Assembly (NCBI GenBank): GCA_913058405.1
Contig: CAJXRC010000002.1
Coordinates: forward strand, 2,932-66,931
Direction: 5' to 3'
From: an uncultured Colwellia sp.
Lineage (GTDB): Bacteria; Pseudomonadota; Gammaproteobacteria; Enterobacterales; Alteromonadaceae
DNA length: 64,000 nucleotides
Shown: positions 57,844 through 64,000 of the stretch, piece after piece
How positions within the stretch are numbered: the stretch's first letter is position 1
Layout of the letters: every line of letters begins with the position of its first letter
Notes under the pieces: generated by a model
Seen by the model: the letters and a program-made list of their open reading frames with translations, nothing else
Databases searched by the model: none
Told to the model about the DNA's origin: nothing
Translations under genes and position numbers: made by a program

Positions 57844-59649
57844 CTAGCTTAGCTTTTTAAACTGTAATTCCACTAACCGTTGATACAACTCACATTGTTG
57901 CAATAATGAGTGGTGATCGCCCATGTCGATTATTCTACCTTGCTCTAACACTGCAATTTTATCCGCATGTTGAATTGTTGATAGTCGGTGCGCAATGATA
58001 ATGGTTGTGCGACCACGCATTAACTCTTCTAATGCTTGTTGAACGTGCTGTTCGCTTTCACTATCAAGGGCACTGGTCGCCTCATCTAATAGCAAAATAT
58101 GTGGGTCTTTTAATATTGCGCGCGCAATAGCAATACGTTGACGCTGACCGCCGGATAAGCGCACACCACGCTCACCTAGAAAACTGTTATAACCTTCAGG
58201 TAAATTGATAATAAACTCATGAGCATGGGCTTTTTTAGCTGCCGAAATAACTTCTTCATCGCTAGCCTCAGGTTTGCCGTAACGAATATTATGAAAAACG
58301 TCACTACTAAATAAGGCAGGTTGTTGCGGTACTAAAGCCATTTGTTGGCGAAGATCTTTCGGATCCAGCTGTCTAATATCGGAACCACCCAACGTAATAC
58401 GACCATGTTGTGGGTCATAAAAACGCTGTAATAATTCAAATAATGTTGTTTTTCCCGCGCCCGATGGGCCCACTAGCGCTAATACTTTACCTCGTTGTGC
58501 TGTTAAATTCAGTGCTTGTGTTGCTGCTTGATCAGGCCGCGAAGGGTAATTAAAACTAACTTCTTCAAAAACAATTTGGGCATCAAGTTCTTTCGCTGAA
58601 GTCGCATTTTCAACAGGGGGAAGAATATGACTTTCTACCTGTAGTATCTCTATCAATCTTTCAGTAGCACCCGCTGCACGTTGTAACTCCCCTAATACTT
58701 CTGAAATAGTGGCTAACGAAGAAGCGACCAAGATGGCATAAAATACAAAAGCACCTAAATCACCACCACTCATCTTACCTTGAATAACATCACTACCACC
58801 GACCCATAACATGCCAGTAATTGCACCAAAAACAATAATAATAACACCTGCAATTAACGTGGCACGTTGCTTTATACGGTTGCGACCAATAGAAAATGAC
58901 TTTTCAACTTCCTTACCAAAAGAATGCCTTTCATGTTGTTCGTGGGTATAACTTTGTACTGTTTTAATATGTTCAATTGCCTCTCCGGCATAACTACCAA
59001 CATCGGCCATTGAGTCTTGGCTTCTACGCGATAATTTTCTTACTTTACGACCATAGAATAATATCGGCACTAAAATAAAAGGTACCGATATTAAAACAAT
59101 AAAAGTTAACTTTATATTGGTAGCAAATAGCATTACTAAAGCACCTAATAGCATTAGCGTACTGCGGATAGCCATGGAAAAAGAAGAGCCAATAATGCTT
59201 TGCAGTAGGGTAGTGTCCGTTGTAATGCGTGACATGATGTCGCCGCTGCCATTAGTTTCAAAATAACTGGGATGCAAGGTGATTACATGATTAAAAACTG
59301 CCAATCGAATATCAGCACTAACTCGTTCACCTAACCAAGAAACTAAGTAAAAGCGAAAAAATGTTCCCCCGGCAATTAATACTGTAATAGCCAATATAAA
59401 GAGTACTGCTTGCTGTAATTGCTCTATGGATTGCTGAGCAAACCCTTCATCAATGAGCATTCTTACCCCTTGACCCACAGAAAGCATCACACCTGCGGTA
59501 AACAGCAGGGCAATAAAAGCGGCTAGCACCTGACTTTTATAAGGACGAATGAATTGAATAAGTTCCAAGAGAATAGAGATTTTTTTATTTTTAGGGCTTT
59601 CGGTTGAAGTATTCTCTGCTAGATCAGCAGCAGTAGGTTGGTCAGACAT
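57844..59649 (-). CDS. ABC exporter, fused permease/ATPase (MsbA/MdlB-like)
   Basis: Six N-terminal TM segments, Walker A GPSGAGKTT, signature LSGGQRQR and Walker B LLLDEATSALD. Confidence 0.9.
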   Translation of the reverse strand: MSDQPTAADLAENTSTESPKNKKISILLELIQFIRPYKSQVLAAFIALLFTAGVMLSVGQGVRMLIDEGFAQQSIEQLQQAVLFILAITVLIAGGTFFRFYLVSWLGERVSADIRLAVFNHVITLHPSYFETNGSGDIMSRITTDTTLLQSIIGSSFSMAIRSTLMLLGALVMLFATNIKLTFIVLISVPFILVPILFYGRKVRKLSRRSQDSMADVGSYAGEAIEHIKTVQSYTHEQHERHSFGKEVEKSFSIGRNRIKQRATLIAGVIIIVFGAITGMLWVGGSDVIQGKMSGGDLGAFVFYAILVASSLATISEVLGELQRAAGATERLIEILQVESHILPPVENATSAKELDAQIVFEEVSFNYPSRPDQAATQALNLTAQRGKVLALVGPSGAGKTTLFELLQRFYDPQHGRITLGGSDIRQLDPKDLRQQMALVPQQPALFSSDVFHNIRYGKPEASDEEVISAAKKAHAHEFIINLPEGYNSFLGERGVRLSGGQRQRIAIARAILKDPHILLLDEATSALDSESEQHVQQALEELMRGRTTIIIAHRLSTIQHADKIAVLEQGRIIDMGDHHSLLQQCELYQRLVELQFKKLS

Positions 59650-60322
59650 AAAATCTCAGCATTTATTATACCCATTGAATCCATTATTTGATCATCCTGA
59701 GACGGCCTAAATGGTCAATTTGTATTACTAGTTATTAAGCATGTTAGTGACTAGTGAATGAATTAATGACGAGTAGTTTACGCTTTCCATTGATGTTGAA
59801 CTAGGAAGTTTTACTGGAATATGAAGTAAGTTTGTAAGAGGAAGTAATAAAGACTGTGTGAGAGTTGATGTTTTTACAGATAAAAAAAAGCCGATGGTCT
59901 TTTCAGAACTAATAAGTAGTTGTGAATTGCATCGGCAAAGCTTATGGGGAAGCTACAAAAAAATTATTACAATAAGTGTTCGCTTAAGAACAAAGTGATT
60001 ATAGAGTAACAGCTCTACACAAGTAAAGTGATTTATAGAGTAATTACTCTTTTTCTTTGATTTAGATCATTATTGAACGATTTGTTTATATATTAACCGT
60101 CATTAATATTGAGATCAGCGACAGGAAATGAAATTTTTATGCTTGCTAAGGAGCTTAATTTTAGCTTATTGATATTATTACATCATTTACAATACATGTT
60201 TAGTCATGTAATTTAACAAAAAATTTACATTTTTGTGATTTATTAAATAACGGTAAACGTCATTATAATCACAATAAGCTCAAATCATGCGAGCTTGAAG
60301 TTAACTTTATTAAGGAAAATAA

Positions 60323-62758
60323 ATGTTAAAAAATTATTTTAAACCACTTCTTTGTTTGGCTTTTATTAATTTAATTTCCGCCTGTGGCGGAAGTGGTGAA
60401 GGTGCTGAACCAACACCAACACCCACTAAAGTCGAAGTCACGAATACTTCTCCTGAATTAGGTGAGTATACTAGCACCTATCAAATGCTTGAAAATATTA
60501 CGGTTATTGCTGAAAATATTACTGTTTCTGATGCGGAAAATGATAGTTTAACAGCAAGCTTTACAGGAGGTGATGCCGATCTTTTTAGTTTTGATATAGC
60601 GACAGGAAAGCTTACGTTCAAATCAGCTCCTGATTATGAAGCTCCCTCAGATAGTGATCTAGATAATATCTATATTGTAGAACTGAGTATTTCAGACAGT
60701 GAGCAGTCGGTCACTGCAACCATTGAAGTGACCATTATTAATGATATCTTCATTGAAATTACGTCTCCTGTGGAAAACAGTAACGTTGGTGGTGATGATA
60801 CTTATAAAGTAGTTGCCAAAATTGAGGAGCGTGAATCTGACGATTTAACCGTAATGGCTGATACGCCAGTGCTAATAAATGGTCGTTCAGCTACTCCAAT
60901 CGATGATTCTCAAAAATATTGGGTGCTTGAAATTGAAAATATCGCAAAAGCGAGCATTACCGCTGAAGTTACATTTGAAGGTATTACTTACTCAGATGTC
61001 GTTTCAGTACAAGGCTTACAACCATTGGTTTCAGTTAAGGATATAGCAGTAGATGAGACCGCCGGTTTTATGTATCTGAATGATCAAGGTTCACGATTAA
61101 TAGTAAAAGCGAGTCTTGATGGTAGTACATCTAAAGTCTTTTTTAACCCTAGGGAATTTGGCTATTCTTGGGTTTCTTCTATATTACTAGATAGCAAGAA
61201 TAATCGCCTATTAGCAGTTATGAGTGTGCCTAAATCAGATGGTAGTATACGGACTGTAAAAAGTATTATTGCGATAGATTTAACCACAAAAGCACATGAC
61301 ATTCTTTCGGGTGAGCTTATAGGCTCGGGAGATTTACTTAGTATTAATTCGGGCCAAATCGCTTTTTACCATGAATCATTATTAATCCCTGACTATAACA
61401 ATCAATCTTTAGTAAAGATTGACTTATTGACAGGAAATAGAACAACCCTTTCTAGTGGGGCTTTAGGTACTGGCCCCTTATTTGATAGACCAACAAGTTT
61501 GGCGGTAAATTCTGATAATAATTTAGCTTATGTTTCCTCTAAATCTACAATACATGAAGTAGATCTTCTTACCGGTAATAGAGCAATCATTGGTGACAAT
61601 GAAGTCGGTACTGGCACGGTTTTAGTGTCTCCAGAGCACTTGTTTTTTGATGGTGAAAATAATCGTTTAATATTTTTAAATTCGGACGAAGGTATTACTA
61701 CATTAAACTTGAACACTAAAGAACGTATAGCATTACCAACTCCTTTACAGGGGACTTCACTTGGTTTAGGTGATGATACTAATTTCTATATCTTTAATTT
61801 TTATAATAATTCTATTGATAGAGGGGTTTTGGGAGAAGATAACTTTGAAAGCGTGATTGTGATAAAAACAGGGCAAGGTCTTCCAATCAATAATGGTTAT
61901 AGCACTGTTTTTTCAGGTAAGTTACAAAAATTGTTTATTAATAGTTACGGTGTTTATAGCTTTGATCTTCTAGAGCAGAGGGTAAGTTATTTAAATACAG
62001 GGACTCCTGATATAGCTAACCAAATAGGCTTATCTTTAAATACAGATGACAATAGCTTAGTTGTCATTAATAATTCAGAAATTAATGAGCCTACGTTATT
62101 GTTAGTAAATACAGAAGATACAAAACGAGAAGTTATTACTGAGTATGATGTTGCAGACGACGTTAATCTTATCAACCCACTTGATGTCGTGCTAAATGAT
62201 AAAAATACTTTTGCCTATATTCTCGATGCGCCAAATTATCAAAATAATGACGCAGAGGTCAATATTATCCAAGTCGAATTGGCGACAGGGGTTAAAACAC
62301 TTATATCAAACAATGCAACTCACCCAGGTGTTGCTTTTAACAAGCCGAACTCTATTTCCTTTCAATCAAGTAGCAATAGTCTGCTTGTTATCCAAAGTCC
62401 TGCTGATGAAAAGGGCGTTGATATTATTAAAATAGAGATAACTACTGGAGAAAGATCATTAATGGCTAATGATATTGATGAGAAAGTAATATCAGCAGTT
62501 AATGACTCTTTGTTTCTAGAAGACGGTACCTTTGTCATCATGGATTGGCGATTCATTTATAAAGTGAATTTAGCTACTGGTGAAAGTAACTTATTATCAT
62601 CAAATGGAGTGGGAGATGGAATACCTTTCGGCCAACTTTCATCAATAAGTTATGACAGCATTAATAATAGAATATATGCCGTTGATACTGAATTTAAGGG
62701 GATTTTTGCTATTGATATTTCAACAGGAAATAGAAGTTTGTTAGTGTCTGGTAATTAG
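60323..62758 (+). CDS. Large lipoprotein with an N-terminal cadherin-like domain and beta-propeller-type repeats
   Basis: Lipobox LISAC at the end of the signal peptide. A cadherin-like segment (TVSDAENDSLTASFTGGDADLFSFDIATGKLTFKSAPDYE). Then repeated (P)xx(L/I)xxDxxNNxxY(V/I)xD-like blades (NNRLLAV, NNLAYVS, NNRLIFL, NTFAYIL, NNRIYAV). Confidence 0.7.
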   Translation: MLKNYFKPLLCLAFINLISACGGSGEGAEPTPTPTKVEVTNTSPELGEYTSTYQMLENITVIAENITVSDAENDSLTASFTGGDADLFSFDIATGKLTFKSAPDYEAPSDSDLDNIYIVELSISDSEQSVTATIEVTIINDIFIEITSPVENSNVGGDDTYKVVAKIEERESDDLTVMADTPVLINGRSATPIDDSQKYWVLEIENIAKASITAEVTFEGITYSDVVSVQGLQPLVSVKDIAVDETAGFMYLNDQGSRLIVKASLDGSTSKVFFNPREFGYSWVSSILLDSKNNRLLAVMSVPKSDGSIRTVKSIIAIDLTTKAHDILSGELIGSGDLLSINSGQIAFYHESLLIPDYNNQSLVKIDLLTGNRTTLSSGALGTGPLFDRPTSLAVNSDNNLAYVSSKSTIHEVDLLTGNRAIIGDNEVGTGTVLVSPEHLFFDGENNRLIFLNSDEGITTLNLNTKERIALPTPLQGTSLGLGDDTNFYIFNFYNNSIDRGVLGEDNFESVIVIKTGQGLPINNGYSTVFSGKLQKLFINSYGVYSFDLLEQRVSYLNTGTPDIANQIGLSLNTDDNSLVVINNSEINEPTLLLVNTEDTKREVITEYDVADDVNLINPLDVVLNDKNTFAYILDAPNYQNNDAEVNIIQVELATGVKTLISNNATHPGVAFNKPNSISFQSSSNSLLVIQSPADEKGVDIIKIEITTGERSLMANDIDEKVISAVNDSLFLEDGTFVIMDWRFIYKVNLATGESNLLSSNGVGDGIPFGQLSSISYDSINNRIYAVDTEFKGIFAIDISTGNRSLLVSGN

Positions 62759-62837
62759 CACTTTGTTAAGTTTAGATAACGTTGATTAGCCTCTACTATA
62801 AAGTAGTGGCACTTTAGAAAGTAATACTTGCGTTAGG

Positions 62838-63587
62838 TTATGATTTTTTAAATGGTTTGAATAACCTAGCTTTAACCGAGCGCCAATGTGTTTTTGGTAT
62901 TTTAGGTGCTAATGATAATAAATGTTGGTAGTCATCTTCTGTTGGAGTTACTTCACCGCCATGGGCAAGAATAATACTCTTTGGTTCTAATTTGATGATT
63001 TTATGCAGTGAGGCTCGATAACGATTAGGGTAAAAAATAGGGAAGGGTGGGATGAACTTATTCTTTACCTTTACTATTAAATCAGCAACATAGATCTTAT
63101 TGCTGGGAATGTGGTGTAAGGACAAGTCCCTATCTGTATGACCTTGTGTAGCGAGAGCAATCCAGTCAGAAAATCCGGGTAATGGCTCACTATCATTGAG
63201 CTTATAGTCGGCGATTAATTGACTAGAATACCAGAAGTTCATACGTGGTTTTTTCATGCGTTTTGCTACCCATTTAGCTAAGAATATGTCGGTAAGATGC
63301 ATGAGGCGACCATCTATGCCTGAATACCATTGTCCACTAACGTTGGCGGTAGCAATTTTACAACCAGTTAGCTTTCGAAGCTTATCAGCAGCACCTGCAT
63401 GATCAGGGTGCATGTGTGTGACCACGACTAAAGATAAATCATGGAAAGGGCGTTGTAAGGTTTTGGTAATAAAATGTTTGAGCATTGAAATATCTGAGCG
63501 ACAGCAGCCATCAAGCAACAGTAACTTATCAGGGTACTCTGCGAGCAAAATTGTTTGGATATGGCCATCTATATGATGTAATTTCAT
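62838..63587 (-). CDS. MBL-fold metallo-hydrolase
   Basis: HxHxDH motif (THMHPDHAG), with later His and Asp ligands (QGHTD, AHGG). Confidence 0.85.
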   Translation of the reverse strand: MKLHHIDGHIQTILLAEYPDKLLLLDGCCRSDISMLKHFITKTLQRPFHDLSLVVVTHMHPDHAGAADKLRKLTGCKIATANVSGQWYSGIDGRLMHLTDIFLAKWVAKRMKKPRMNFWYSSQLIADYKLNDSEPLPGFSDWIALATQGHTDRDLSLHHIPSNKIYVADLIVKVKNKFIPPFPIFYPNRYRASLHKIIKLEPKSIILAHGGEVTPTEDDYQHLLSLAPKIPKTHWRSVKARLFKPFKKS

Positions 63588-63821
63588 AATGATAAAACAG
63601 TTAATTCATAATTTAATTGTCGCTTTATACTGTAAAAGAAAAGCTATTGGTCTGCACTCTATTTACTTCTCTTTAACAATATACTGACTATGGCTAACCT
63701 TTATAACGGGAAGCTAAACAAACAGATTGAGTGAACAGTAAAAGGTTATATTAAGTGTAATTTCGAGCTTTTGACCTGTATGGCCACCCGCATATTTCTA
63801 ACGAATGGCTATACACGATAG

Positions 63822-64000
63822 TTAACTATGCACTTTCTGTAAGGCTTCCTCTGAAACTTGTATCTCATTGAGCATAAGCTTAGCTCTTTTTTCTGCGAGT
63901 AATAAGTAGAAGCTAGGTAAAATGAACAAGGTAAATATTGTGCCGATGAACATGCCTGCCACTAAGATAATACCAATACTATTACGTGCTTCAGCACCTG
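63822..64000 (-). CDS. RND efflux transporter permease, C-terminal 58 aa (rest lies beyond the window)
   Basis: My own translation of the minus strand gives GAEARNSIGIILVAGMFIGTIFTLFILPSFYLLLAEKRAK...VHS*. This is the typical last TM helix of AcrB/Mdt-type pumps. It is absent from the ORF track because it is under 60 aa. Confidence 0.7.
   Translation of the reverse strand, partial: GAEARNSIGIILVAGMFIGTIFTLFILPSFYLLLAEKRAKLMLNEIQVSEEALQKVHS

Overview
AT-rich chromosomal segment from a marine gammaproteobacterium. The gene content looks Alteromonadales, Colwellia-like, but that is an inference and not a database result. I saw no rRNA, tRNA, CRISPR array, transposase, integrase or phage genes, so this is mostly core and accessory chromosome, not an obvious island.

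Gene content in order:
- The 3' part of a TonB-dependent receptor, followed by a flavin-halogenase-like gene, SapC and an HxD..H oxygenase-like gene.
- An ECF sigma / FecR pair, then an MFS sugar porter, glucokinase and HutD.
- A TPP riboswitch driving thiC-thiO-thiS-thiG-thiDE.
- A methyltransferase, a secreted carbonic-anhydrase-like protein, an orphan AbrB/MazE-type antitoxin-like gene, a lipoate-ligase-family gene and a redoxin.
- A 933-aa PrsT-like TPR protein divergent from a PEP-CTERM protein.
- A CWC protein, an FAD oxidoreductase and phosphoglycolate phosphatase.
- A translationally coupled FHA protein and membrane Ser/Thr kinase with TPRs, sitting next to a GGDEF gene.
- A Fur-box-preceded DUF3649 / PepSY / DUF3325 trio, then TauE.
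- A minus-strand block: PAS sigma-54 activator, CcoG-like ferredoxin, CoxIII (NorE/NirO)-like protein, CoxIV (NorF/NirP)-like protein, and a porin with an unusual N-terminal domain.
- A second, membrane-bound GGDEF protein and an MTHFR-fold protein.
- An xdhC-mocA-iorA-iorB-type molybdenum hydroxylase operon.
- A split PqiA/LetA pair plus an eight-MCE-domain LetB-like protein.
- A three-domain c4-type cytochrome divergent from engB.
- A ~264-bp inverted-repeat element, an MsbA-like ABC exporter, a large cadherin/beta-propeller lipoprotein, an MBL hydrolase and the tail of an RND pump.

Most interesting leads:
1. The sigma-54/PAS regulon. It has three copies of a 14-bp palindrome and controls an oxidase-accessory module that has no oxidase or NO reductase nearby.
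2. The FHA plus winged-helix-like protein coupled to the TPR kinase.
3. The porin fused to what looks like an amidohydrolase beta-sandwich lacking its catalytic barrel.
4. The MITE-like or structured-RNA element downstream of engB, with a possible relative inside the thi operon.
5. The eight-MCE LetB-like tunnel protein.

All functional calls rest on motifs I could read in the translations. No homology search was run.
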